NCBI GenBank assembly: GCA_003971905.1
Contig: RSEE01000164.1
Coordinates: 1 to 64,000, forward strand
Reading direction: 5' to 3'
From: Moniliella sp. 'wahieum'
Lineage: Eukaryota
Length of the DNA stretch: 64,000 nucleotides
Shown: positions 23,476-36,220 of the stretch, piece after piece
Layout: the number at the start of each line of letters is the position of its first letter
Numbering within the stretch: the stretch's first letter is position 1
Program-made: the position numbers and the translations under genes
Notes under the pieces: generated by a model
Seen by the model: only the letters and a program-made list of their open reading frames with translations
What the model was told of the DNA's origin: nothing
Database searches by the model: none

Positions 23476-24084
23476 ATTGACAGAGCTTAAGGCTGGGACA
23501 GGGGGAACGCTACGTCTAAACCGAACCGCTCATCTTGCGGGGGTTGTTTGAAAAGCGCGATTAAGGTCAAGGAACCAAGGGGATCACTATAGGATATCAG
23601 GACCCTCCGGCTCTCGTCATCCGGTCCCGTACCCTAGGTAGCGCGTGTGGACACGGATGAACGTGGTTGACATCCGAGCGAGGAACCATTTCCACTGAGA
23701 CTTGGTAGCCAACTCCTTCCAATGCGCAAACAACTTGACGCCTTTGCCGCGTCGTAGTATCCCGCGTATCCTCGCGTCGTCAAAACCAGGGGGAAAAAAC
23801 GTCTCTTGAGTGCGTCCCTGGTACTTGACGTTCTTGTCGCATTCTGCTTGTTCAAGCAGCAGAAGCAGTTCCTTCTCCCGGCGGTTCCAGAGGCGACGCA
23901 GTGCTCTCATGTACCACCCGCCGGTACGTACGCGCTCTGCGCCTCATGCGTTCCCATGTCGCGCAGCGTGTGGTCGACCTCCATTCCGGTTCCTCCCAGT
24001 GCTCCAGGCCCCATCACGCGGTAGTCGGTGCGCTGTGCCCTCGGTCCGTGCCTCGTCCCATCCTCGCCTCCACCATAGGTTCGT
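23476..24084 (-). mobile_element. Dispersed repeat copy A, degenerate unclassified element with a minus-strand ORF remnant
   Basis: About 600 bp alignable by eye to 38902-39524. Shared terminus ATTGACAGAGCTTAAGG. Confidence 0.75.
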
Positions 24085-24459
24085 CATATATATTTTCTTC
24101 ATGGGAAAAATCGAGCTTCCTCCACACTCGGGTCGTGAGAATCTGGGTGTCCGGGATCTCTACTTTCTGCATCCATATCAATGCCATGCTCATGCAATGG
24201 TGGATGGATACTACTTACAATGTTGAGGTCTGAGAGATTCATTATGGCGATGCTCCACCGCGCATAAGGCCTGATATATGAGATCGCCGGCCCCGCAAGA
24301 AAACATCCAACATCAATTGTTCCGTTGGAGCCTCCGCGTGGGGGGGCATTATGCTTTTGCGGTTATCGATTACCCTCCTCCGATCCGCGGGGTATCTCAG
24401 CCAGTAGGGTAACATAGCAGATGGAGGGAGGAAACTGGGAAGACTCGTAAGATTTAAGA

Positions 24460-25720
24460 TCAGCCTTCAACTCGATGAAGCTTGAAGCTTGAAGCTTGAA
24501 GAAAGCAACGGAGAGATAGCAGCTGTTTTTTCATTTCAATCTCGAGAAGAGACGGCCAAGGGTCCCGGTCCTCTCAAGGTACTTGGAGGGTTAAGCTTAA
24601 GCTAGCTTTAAGCCGGTTATTAAACGTTAAGTACTCACTGTGTACTGAGTTCAGTATTGAATATTGAGTCTCAGTACAGAGTTACTGTGATGCATGATGT
24701 TACACATTGACGCAAAAATAATGGATCATCGATCAATATGACCAATGGCGTGCTCACATGTCACTCATACGGGAGCACTGTAGCATCGCTGATGCGCTAA
24801 TCTTGTTCGATGTAGGGAAATGAATCGGATAAACGTTTAAACGTTAGACGCTAGATCATCGATCATGCATCATGCATCATGCACAGTGTCGTGTCAGATC
24901 AGACTGAGAATCAGAGTACTGACTGACAGGGTACCTGATCGAGTCCCCTGAAGGCCTGGCTTGAGCACCTGAGGCCTGAGCCTTGAGTATTCGCATGTCA
25001 CAGTGACGTGTCGCATCATGCATCCTCGAATCATTTTCATCCGCGAATACCATCGACACCAAGCTCTTCAAGATCAATATTCATGGGTATATTGGGCAAT
25101 TAACAATTGGAGATGGGTGAACATGGACGTACTTAACAAGGAGGTCGGTGTATTCAGCGCAGTGTCTCTTTGTCCCAGCCGTAAGCGCGTACGCGCACAA
25201 GCTCTGTAAATGATAATAAGGCGCAATTTAACCTAAAAGCCCTAAGGCTTAAGGGCCTAAGGCCAACCAACAGAGGGGGGGGTATGTATACCACAGGACC
25301 GTGTTGTTTTCAGCCTGGCTCAGGCCTTCCTCAGGTACCGGAGAGGAACGGCTGCCACGTGGCTGCAAGTGGATAAGATACGGGCCCAAGTAAGTAACAA
25401 GATTTCTTGGTCTGTGCGTGGATGCAGCGATAGTCGATAGTCGATAGTCGATAGCACAACCAGTGTGGCTTCTGGCTCAGCGATAGGGAACGGTGAGTAG
25501 CCTCATCATGCAACATTCATCATGCATCATGCGTCATGCATCATGCACGTCATGTGGGATCTGAGACGCAGGACAGCAATGTGTCACAGGCTCACCGCTC
25601 ACTGAGACGCGTGACATGTAACCAAGTGACGGCCATGCATCATGCATCATGCACTCTCCTTCTATGGCTCCATGGAGCATAGGGAACCCTGAGGCTCAAG
25701 TCGGAAATCATCAACGTTCA
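24460..25720. repeat. Long mosaic palindrome-heptamer tract
   Basis: (TGAAGCT)x3 at 24476, TGAATATTGA at 24658, (TCATGCA)x3 at 24863, TGAGGCCTGA at 24970, GGCCTAA units near 25240-25264, (TCGATAG)x3 at 25434, further TCATGCA runs at 25500-25650. Confidence 0.9.
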
Positions 25721-26711
25721 ACAGCACCATGTCAAGTTCGTTCCACCGGAATTGTTTTGCCACCTGGTCATCCGGCCATTGCATGACGACACGCGGGTCC
25801 TATATACGCCACCAAAAGACGGTCAACAAAAGAGATAATGGAGTAACTCTGGCAAACCTTTACCGAAGACGATCTGAAGAGTCATTTTACGGAGGGAGTG
25901 TGGTTCATCGATTCATCGCTCGAACCGGCTAAACCACGCTCAATCTTTGAATCCATGGCGCGCCACACATCCTATGGAAGTGGGTGACGGGATAGAACCA
26001 TAGGGACCCGAGCTGTTGGCGACTTCACTAGGTCCCCTAATTTTGGCCTTGCACGAGCAAAAATGCAGCACATGCACGCCGAATGAGCAACCCCGGCCTG
26101 CTAAGCGCAGCGATTCTTTGTACATGCTATGATTTTTTATTGCATAGACAACGAAAATTTGATCGGGCGCAATGCTTTGTTTTGGGAGACGAGGAACGAG
26201 ATGCGATCGAGATAGGCAAGAGAAAGCAAAGAACAGAAGAGACAATGCTCGTAAGATTGAAGGCAAATGCAGTCGTACTCAGCCGGTGCCGCGTAAGTCG
26301 TGCCGCCTACGCAGCACAGCTTCATGAGCAACACGACCGAGAGTTGGGAGGCAAAAAGCGATAATGCAAGCCGAGACGAGGGGGAAGACCCACACCGAAG
26401 AGCAAGGAGCCACAGCGGTGGGGCCAAGACGAAAAGAAGAAACAATACAGTTGCGGACATCAAAATAAGCGTACAAGGCCAAGACCGCAGGCATAACAGA
26501 GGGTTTGGCAAGAATAGTGCCTCTGCTGTTACAGGCCGATGGAAAGGAACCGTGCTCGACAAAGAAAACTCGGTGAACACGGTAGAAAAGAACAATCCGT
26601 GGTTGATGAGAGATGAGAGATGAGATCCTCGATGAAGGGAAATGGAAATGACGAGCAGGCCAAACTGACCCTGACGGGCTCAGCCTGAGCCATGTTCAAC
26701 CTGATCCATCA

Positions 26712-29562
26712 TCAACGGCTCAGTCGAGGTGTTGGTGGGTGTGGAAAGGAGGGAGGTGGACAGGGACGGAGTGGCAGTCCATTCTCGGCTACTCGTTTCC
26801 GCCGACCTGAATTCCAGCAAAAGCGCTCGACAAGATCACTGAGGCTCAACGCACCGGTCGAGGCTAGCTTGGTGGCCGTGGCAGGACTAGGGGTAGGCGT
26901 AGTCGTGCGGGTCGTCGAGGTAGAGGCGGGATCGGAGGTGTTCGTGTCCGACGAACCGTCAACATCTGGAAGCGAGGCTGCTAACACGGGGGCCGGGGTA
27001 GGAGCCGCGACGGCCGCAGCACAGGGGGTAGGGACCGCCAAAGGCCTGTCGCCCGTCTCGGACTGGGTGGTCGGGGTGGCCGAAACGGTAGTCATACTGT
27101 CGGGCGAACTGGTCCGCGAACTTGTCCTACCGCGCGAGGGGAACATAGACTTTCCCAATGGTGGCATACCCAGCCCCAGCCCAAGTGGATCGGGCGCCGT
27201 AGACCAAGGGACCCGAGGCAGACTTGCTCCCATTTCACAGGGTGAAGTGTCCCGCGAAGAGAGGGAAGAGGTAAAGGAGTTGAAGCCGTTGAGCGAGAGG
27301 AGGCTATGCGACGGAGAGGCCGGTCCGACGACGGGCGAAGGGGACTCTCCTTCGCTGCTCTCTCCCGAAAGCATCGGGGTCGAGTCAGGTGACCCACTTC
27401 CGTCATGTAACATGAGAGTAACGGTAGCGGCTAGAGCCGGGGGCGAGGTGTGAATAGGGGGTGGAATGGGATCTTTGAGGCGAGACTGGCCCCCAACAGT
27501 TGCCTAGGCACACGCACCTCAGACGAGGAGGTTGTGGGCAAGTTCGTTGAGATGGGTGGGCATGGTGCAGGAGCGGAGAGGGAGGCAGATGGCAGAATAT
27601 CCGGAACAGACATGGAAGTCTTGTGATTCCAGACAACTGAGGACTGCATGCCAGGAGAGAGTCAATGATCCGTATGGACAATAGCATACATTTGAAAGAG
27701 GAAACGTACCACAGGCTTGCTAAAGCTTGAGTGCCGGGAACCCCAGCTGCGAACACTGTTGAATGAGGTGGGGATACTTTCCTTTTTGCCCCTAGCTTGC
27801 CAGGAGGAGCATCAACATCGGACCCCGACGGTGGAGACGAAGTCGGTACCGGGAGGGTACGCGGTTGAGTAGAGGCAGGGGCGGGAACAAGCATTGAGAG
27901 GGTATCCGAAGGACCCCGGGTTGAAGTGGGAGATATAGCCGGAGAGCTAGATGTAGGGAGGGGTGGCTCTGCAGCAGGGAAAAGTAATCGCCCACTTCGG
28001 GAGGGGAAGGGCTTGAAGTCTTGGTGGTAGTTCTTAGCGCATCGCCCAAATCGTACCTTGCACCCAGATGGCAGGCGAACTTGTCCCTTCCGAAATGCTG
28101 GACTAGCAGTGGTGCGGGTGGGCAGAGCTGAAAGGCGTGGGGCTGTAGCTGTGCTAGACCAAACAGCCTCAGCACGTTCCGCGGCTATTGCCGCCCTCTC
28201 TGCAGCGGTAAGACGGTGGGGGGGGGGAGATAGCCGGGAGCCGAGGGTGGGGGCGCACGTTTGCGGAAGTCAAGTTGATAGTTCTGCCCATTGTTGTTAT
28301 CCCAAAACTCTTGGTCCCCTGTGTTGTATCGCAAGCAGAGCGACATGGTCTTCGTGTCCGAGTTGGTTTGACTGGCAGGCCAGTCAAGCAGCTCATTGAG
28401 ACGGATGGAAAAGGTGAACCGGTCAGCTTGACCATTCTTGATCGTCTCTTGGTACGTTCCCCCCACTTCGTTGACGGTGACCCAGTTGTCTGTTGTGAAT
28501 CGGACAGCAACCCATTTTTCATATGAGAGATTCTTGACTTGGGCAGTACCCTTTATGCTTCGTAGATCGTCCGCGAGGACAATACGCTCAAGGAACACAG
28601 GTCGGTCGGCAGAAAGATGAGCCGACGAAGGGAAGTTGGGCAAACGGAGCAGGAGACCGTTTGCCCAAGCAGGCGGCACAGTGAGCGAACGCAGTTTGTT
28701 GGCCAACGCACGCCCACCACCATCGCGCAAGGGGTCCCCACTGCCTTGGGGCCCCCACGGACGGTTACCCAATCGAGCAGAAGGAAGCATGGCAAAGTAG
28801 GGATAGGCCACACCAGCTTCGGTCTCAGTCTCGGTTTCGGTCTCGGTGTGCTCAGGGCTTGCCGTAGCGCTTACTGCCGAGGGCCGAGAACGATGCCGGA
28901 AGACTTTCACCTGTTCCAAGTCGTGAAAGTGCACCGCTTTCACAGCTGGGCTGGATGGCATACTCTTGGTATAGCTCTCGGGGTGAGCGGGGCACGAAAA
29001 TCGGCCGCCGAAGCCCCCAGCACGAATGGAGGGATGTGCGCTTGCCGGGCGCCACTTGAGCGATGGCTTGACCACTTCGCCTGACTTTTGCGGATCGTAG
29101 TTCCAACGCCCGCAACTGGTTCACCATCCCGGTTCCAAGAGGAGACACCTTCAGCTGGGGGGAGGTTGTTGATGTCAAGCTGGAGAGCGCCAGAAGCGTC
29201 TCCCGGCGCAGTGGCCGCCTTGAGAGCAAGTACTTTGCGAGATGCGGCGTGGAGGGGGCCAGCGACGGTGTCATCAGGACTGGCAGTGCCACTGGTGGTA
29301 GGGAAGGTGACCGTGTTGGAACGAACACGGGTAATACTTGTGTTGGGAACAAAAGCACTAGCGTGGCCGGAATGGTGGCCATGAACGCGTCGCGGCAGCA
29401 AGGGAGTGAAGCTGGAAGGCATGGAAGGCGTGCGAGGAGAGGCGGATGGGGGCAAGGGAGGGGGTGGCAAGGGCGCATGCTGCGGACGATCCAGATGGTG
29501 GCTTGACGGCCGAAGGGGGCGCTCGAAGCGGTGATGCTGCTTGCAACAGGGCCGATATCCAT
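26712..29562 (-). CDS. PP1 (Glc7) glycogen-targeting regulatory subunit with CBM21 domain (Gac1/Pig-like), frameshifted
   Basis: RVxF motif KAVHF after VKPSLK. CBM21 segment IKGTAQVKNLSYEKWVAVRFTTDNW...DRFTFSI...LRYNTGDQEFWDNNNGQNYQLDF. Probable intron near 27636-27709. Confidence 0.88.
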
Positions 29563-30039
29563 GACAGAAGAATGTGCCGAGGATGGGGCAGAAGAAGAAG
29601 AAGAAGATGGAGGGGGGAGAGGTGGGGGGGGGGCGCGGGGAGGCGGACGATGGGAGGCAAGCCGTGCGCAGCTTGTCAGCGGTTTTATTGGCCACAGAGA
29701 GGGCTGGAAGATATGCGTTGCTAGGAGCACCCAGACGGCAGGGCTGTCTGGCAAATTGCTGGGGGGGGGGAGGCACGGCACCAGTGTGGGTGGGGTAGGG
29801 TGCAGCCAAGCGACCCTGCCTATTGCGTACCCGCTCTGGGGCATCAGCCGGGTGTTCCGCGGGACGGTGCGCGCTGTACGTAGTGCGCACGCATGTTCGG
29901 TGGCCAGCTGCCAGGTGCTAGCCGCCATTTGCCAGTGGCTGCAAGGCACCCAGCCGCAGCAGGCACCAGCGCAGCAGCGGGCGAGGATGTCTTGCTGTGC
30001 AGGCCGACCGCCACCGGTGTACGTGTACACAGCGGCTAG

Positions 30040-33020
30040 CTAATAGTGACTTACTATCTTCACTGGTCAGTACTCAGTGACTCGTGACGAATAATGACGA
30101 CTGGCGCTAGTGACATGGCCAGTGGAGCTAGTGGTTAGTGATTTTAGGGACTGCGACATGTCACTCTAGGAAGTGCTGAGCCGCAGGGGTTCTTCGACTC
30201 AGAGTACTCGGTCTGAGTTACTCTGGCCACAGGCCCCGGACTCTCAATTTCTCAAGCGCACTCTTCAGGGCCTCAGAAGGAGGCCCCAATATACTCACGC
30301 TTGAACGTTCTTCCACATTCAAGACTGAACTCATTTGCACTCAACGTCTCAACGTACTCAGTACTCAGTACTCAGTGAGTACTCCGTCCTGAGCCTCAGT
30401 ACTCGTATCGCAGTCACGAAGACGAGACTCGGTACTCCTACTCCGGGCTCAAAAGTACCCAACATACGCTCAAGGAACGTTCAACGTTCAACCCCGCATG
30501 CGCCTTCAAGCCGTGGGAAATGGGATGGATACACGTTGCATGCCCCAGCGCTTAGCGAGTACCAGCCCTTCAAGCGACGCAACACTCGGCTGACATTAAT
30601 GGCTGGCGCCGACATGTGCTGTGATATGCGGTACTCCAAGCTTCATACGCGCATAGGCTTCACAATGGCACATGTCACCGACTACGGCGTGGGGCCGCCT
30701 TCGGCTGCGTTCAAATTCCTGATTCCGATCTCAGATGTCTGGACTGCACTCTGGCCCCAGCTGGTGGCACTGCGCTGGTGCCAGGTATGCATGTGGCCAC
30801 AGAGGGCAGGGGACCCGTCCCAAACCCAAGGCGAAACACCAAGGGTCTGGAGTCTGGGGTCTGGGGACATGGGTGTCCGGGGTGGTCGTTGTGGTAGCTT
30901 GTGTGGTCTGCCGTCTGCCGCGGACGCTCGGGGCCGGCAGCCCGAAGGCTTAAACGCTTCGAGCTTCGGGACACAGCACCGCACCCTGAGGCCACTGGTC
31001 GCTGCTCACCGATCACCGGTCACCAGCCTCAGCCGGCGCCTCAGCTCAGCACTCCGCTCAGCAGCCCAGCACTCAAGGCGCTCAAGCTCAATGCTCCATA
31101 TCGATATTCAATGTTGGTACTTAGTGTACTTGGTTTTCCTACTTCGACAAACTAGTCACCGGTAGGTACGGTCATCCGGTCATCGATCATCGATCATCGA
31201 TCATCGAACAGGCCACAGGGTAGCTCTCTCATCGATGCTGCCTCTCAGGCTCATCGATTAGATCTTATAAGATTGGCGTCGAGTACACACTGAGGATCGA
31301 GGACTGTGTCTCAGTACCCTTGTCCTCCATATATCGATGGCGCAGCCAGGGGCACCGGCACCCGATCATCAATGAAATGTCAAATTCAAGCATTAATAGA
31401 TTGATTAATTGATTACTGGTCTAAACGTGATCCTGTACAGCCAGCATCATGGTATTTTGGGCAGCGAGCAAAGTAGGGGCAGAAGTGGTGGAACCGGGCC
31501 GCCATGCACAGGTATACCATCGTATGAAAGCGATATATGGTGTAGAGTTTCGGTCACAGTGTGTTCAAAAGTCATGATTATCTCGACGAGTTGCTCAGAT
31601 CTTCCCCTTGAGATCTGGCATTGGCATTGGACCAAAAGTCGTCTTCTTTTGCTCCTCCCCCACACGCGCCCTTCCCACGATCAGCCTATAGTCGGGATAA
31701 TCGATGGCCTCTTCGCACACAACCGTCCCATATACCACACCAGTGCTCCAAGCATTATGTGTTTAACGTTTACTGTGTGGCCTGCTTCCTATATGGTCTT
31801 ATATCTCTGTTGCCACCAGCCACCCAGCTCATCAATTTGTGGGGGGGAAGGATTGTGGGGTCCAGAAGCTGTGTGTGGTCCGAACTCCACGACAAGGGGC
31901 ACACGATAGTACACAAGTGAGCCACATGTGAGCGCAATCCTGTGGAAAATGCGTAATAATCGCGTAATCTCTGGGCGACACCTTGCTATCATTGAATCAT
32001 CCTGGTTCGCGATATTGGGCAGCCAACAATGCTTGTGAGGGGTCCACGGTACACCCTGTGTGTGGTACTCCCATTCCCGCCTTCCCTCGGAATATGCATT
32101 CCACACATGCCAAGCTCGCCTATGTTGCACGTTGCATGTCAAGATCAAGCAACAAAAGAGGTCGACTGCTGAGGCCAACACCCACAGTGTCTGGTCGGGA
32201 GCAGGTGGGAGTGGCTCTGACATGCTGGCCAAGCTATAAGCACTAGGCTTAGCGCCAAGCGCTAATGGCTAACGCTTTCGGCCTGGGCCAAGGCCTGCCA
32301 GAAGAAGGACTATTCTAAGACCAATCAAAGACCACCGCTCACCGCGCTCACCGGTCACCGGTCACCGTGTACTTTTTCGGATCGGCATGGGATATGGATC
32401 ACATAGATCATCGATCACACGTATCCGTTTTGCCTTCCATTAGCTTTTCTGGCAAAGGTCTCTTAAGTTCTGAAATCGGATTGTGCCAGGTTGGGCCAGT
32501 GTTGAATGTACGTAGGACGTTGAACGTTGACACGTTCTTAACGTTCAATGAGTCTGGTCCAGTAAAGTCAGCCAATAAATGTTGCGCCATAGAAGACGGT
32601 ACGCGTTAAGGGGCTTGTAACCGCACGCTACCGCACGTTGGCTACACGGAATACCCGGATCAGCCTCGCGTTCAGATCTCGGCAACATGTGAGCGCTGCG
32701 TCCTACTGCGCCTCAGGCCCTCCTCAGGCCTGAGCCTCACAGGCCTCAGCGACTGAAAGCTGAATCGCTGTGCCTGCGGCCATAATGTGTGGTGGTCGAT
32801 GGTCGGTGATCGATGAACGTGATGAACGTCTGAACGTTCTGAACGTTGAACTTCAACTATATGAACTGTTGAACGTTGCACGTTATCTGTGACATGTGAT
32901 ACGTGACAGGTGACATGCATGTGACAGGTGAGATACCTGTCACATGCACTCAGGCGTAGCGTGGCTGCGGAGTTTGTGACCATCTCGGTTCCATGGTGCA
33001 TGATGTGCGTGATGTATGAT
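30040..33020. repeat. Clustered palindrome-heptamer tracts upstream of the CBM21 gene
   Basis: (GTACTCA)x3 at 30354, AACGTTCAACGTTCAA at 30476, (TCATCGA)x4 at 31180, (TCACCGG)x2 at 32348, block mosaic at 32690-33020. Interrupted by non-repetitive stretches. Confidence 0.85.
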
Positions 33021-36000
33021 AGACTGCATTATATAGTGAGGAGGCGAAATATCTTGCCCCGAATCTGGTAGGCCCTGCCCTCCTTTTTGCTGTAGTCTCA
33101 TGAATTTCATGTTCTTTCGGCCATCACCTCGTAACTCCCGATTGGGATTACAGCTAGCCCTCTCTGGTTCCACCCCTGATCTGATCCCGACCCGATAGCA
33201 TATGATAGTTGAGCTAACATATACGTGCCCCTGTGGCCAATAATATAGTACGAGACAGGGAAGAAGTTGTATGAGATTTGATTCCCACTTGAACCATTTT
33301 CCAAATCTTTTTTCCTACTACGAGTAGCAGTCTATTTATGGCCCCCCTAGCCCTTCTGGCTATCGTGGCCAGCGAATAAATGCAAGAGAAATCGCCACAG
33401 ATATAGCGACACTCCTCTTCACTATAGCTTGAATCCTCAAGTCAGCATCTGATTTGAAAGGACACACGAAGCGAGGACTCCGGAGTCAAGCGGGAGTAAC
33501 AATGCGAAAATGACAGAAGAGAGTCAAAAGATCGTTCGCTTTTGATTGCAATCTCAACGCGCGATGAGATGGCTCATCAAATGGTCGCATGTCTTTACAG
33601 CCGAAGCTTGGGACTCCTCGATTCGTTAGTAGTGGCTTTTGTAAGGCTGAATGGCCGCGACCACATACGTTAAAAGCAATTATCGTTCATACATGATGCT
33701 CATTTTGGAAATGGTTCATCGCGTCCATGCCCTAGCCACGTCCAGAGTGGCGGTGGGAGAGAGCTGAGAGCTGATGAAGAGGTCGTCACTTTTGTGTGTA
33801 GGGGTGTATATAAACACTTTTGGACGGTCAGCGAGAGTCACGCATGGCATGTCCCCGGCTTCAGATTCAGTAACGAAACCAATCGGGTATAGAGAGGAAA
33901 AGAGACCCACTATTATAGATTGGGTGTGGTTTCCGGCGCGAAGCCCCTGCTCAGGCTGCTCAGGCTGAGCGCTGATCAGCAGAGTCTTCGGCGGCGGAGC
34001 CACGTGCGCATCCCCATCAGGTAAAACCAGATGAAAGGGTTCAGGAACTCGGAGGGAATGCTGCTGCTTGCCTTACCGTTACCACTCTCAACGCGGGACT
34101 ATGCGGATAGAAACCGAATCCTAAGTAACTGTGAAGGCCAAGAGCGCTCCCGGATGTATAACCAGACACGCATTGAACTGCAATTGCGACAACGTGAGGT
34201 AAATTCGTGAGCGTAAGCGCAGAAAAGCCAAGGGTGAAAGGTAAAAGTGGATGAACGACTAAGGTCTGTAAGCCAGGGTTGATTGGTAGAAACGCAGATG
34301 GTCGGTCGATGACAGGTTGTGGTCGGTAGGAAACAGATTGACCGATGAGAACCACATGACAGAGTTATGGACAAAACCCTACTGGATAGGGCTGCGAATA
34401 TACCGAAGAGATCAGGACAGGTATAAAAGCAGGACGTAGGAGCTCTACAGCGAGGTAACATCTAAGGCTCATCCCGTCCTTTCAACGGTGCAGACAATGC
34501 GCAGGGTCGGGTATAGCAGAAAAATGATTCTGCCAATACTGATGATATAGGGGCCACACGAGTATACTAATAAACATTGTATCTTCTATTTGCGACCATG
34601 GGCAGCCGTGGAGGATAGTATGGGTAGCATCGATAAGGTGCCCTCTGAATCTCTCTGACGCACTATTGTCTATAACGACTGATGGTGTGGATTGGGGTCA
34701 GATCGAGCTCTGCCAAACGTAGGACTCTTTATTGAGAGGTCCCTTATATATATCGTCTCTTTGTCCCGGCTCAATTAGAAAGAGTGTGGTATTCTTTCCC
34801 CAAAACCATGTCCTTATATATATGTTGTTCTACCAAAACCACGCCATGCTCTGCAAGTGGGTGCAGAGAGAAAGAGTCGAACAATCATTTCGCCGAGGAT
34901 GGTGGAAAGGGTTAAGATGTACTTCATACCCTTCTCCGGAAGCATTTTTGAGCAGCTGGAGTGTACGTTCCCGTCCAGAAGGAGGGAGATGCAATCTCCC
35001 CAGCGTCTCAGCTGGGTTCAACAACTTAACCCAAACTCATCTGCGGCGGAAGTGCAAAAACGCAGTTCCCAAAAAAAGAGGACAAGTGAACCCTATTTCC
35101 ATAGGGAACCGCCAAATCACAGCGTTCGGAACGGGCTGCAGGCGTTTTCATAGGAACAGCCACGAGGTGTGAACGCAGATATCCCGCCTGGGAGGCTGGA
35201 CTAACTCGGCTGTTGGGATTTGAAGTGTAGAAACGGTCCGGATTTGTGGAAAAAACATGACAAGTGTGCGTTCATAGTGAACGGCCGAATCTCAGCGTTC
35301 GCATCGAGCTGCAGGTGGTCGTAGCGACGGCGCCACGGACTGAAAACGCAAAGATTTCGTCTCTGACAGGAATACACTTCATGCATAGACACATGCAGCA
35401 TCTCATCTTCCTTGCGTCACAGCGCTCAGCCGCTCATCGCTGTTGGTCCGCACCACAGGCATAAAGCACACGCCTCATTCATGAGGCCTGAGGGAGCTAT
35501 CATGTTGAGGCGAACCGCATGACTTACTGCCAAGCAAATGAATATAGCTCCTCGCACATCCCATATGTCTCTATCGCACTCAGCGGACGTGCGCGGGGCC
35601 ACGGAGGTTCATTTGTATTACTAACAATTCGTGCTATGAGGGAAGCATTTTCTGCACGCCATAAAGGATGTCATCATCGATCATGCATTCCCCCCCGTGT
35701 CTATCAGATATTGTTTGTCACGGGGCGCCCCCCCCAGGGGGCTCGTCCGGGTTTATAGGGTACAATCCCTTCGGAGACGGTACGTCGCAAAGATTCCGGA
35801 TGCGTGGTGGCCTAGGCCATCCGACTTGGACTTGGTGGGGGGGGGGGGTCGACTATTGCCGGGGGGAAGCATGGCCACTCTGGCCACCGTACTTGATTTA
35901 CCCAACCATCATCACACTTGGCTGTACTTCGGAGCGCGCTCTACTGTGCATGTGCAGAGAAGGCGGGCCTTAGCTTGGCTCGGACCATCTCGGATCCAAC

Positions 36001-36156
36001 GCAGCCCGTAACTATAGGATACGAGAGAGCACTGGCCAAGAAACAGAGCAAAACGGCTATTCACACTGCAGGAAGCACACGAGCCCAAGTCAAAACTTGG
36101 TATGAACGCATATGGGGACGAGCGCGTGAAGAGGGGTAAAAGAGATGGAATGGATG

Positions 36157-36207
36157 TGAAATGAGATGAGATATGAGAAATTGAGATGAGATGAGATGAG
36201 ATGAGAT
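36157..36207. repeat. (TGAGA)n pentanucleotide microsatellite at the SIP5 3' end
   Basis: ttgagatgagatgagatgagatgagatt preceded by degenerate copies. Confidence 0.8.
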
Positions 36208-36220
36208 TCGTCGTGCCTCT

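Noticed and set aside
23617..24084. Fanzor/TnpB nuclease call for the repeat ORF
   Set aside because: No RuvC or zinc-finger motifs are visible. Only the TCAA-like end is suggestive, so it is kept as a hypothesis.
23476..25520. Copy A as an LTR element closed by a TTCAT TSD near 25516
   Set aside because: The match lies inside a TCATGCA tract where TTCAT is expected by chance, and copies B and C show no equivalent TSD.
26692..27453. Long antisense ORFs over Pro/Ser-rich exons
   Set aside because: They are shadows of GC-rich sense-strand coding sequence with no independent evidence.
30335..31165. 276-aa + strand ORF and similar ORFs in the gene deserts
   Set aside because: Non-ATG start, the translation reflects heptamer repeats (QYSVLSEYSVL) and there is no domain, so these are chance ORFs in GC-rich DNA.
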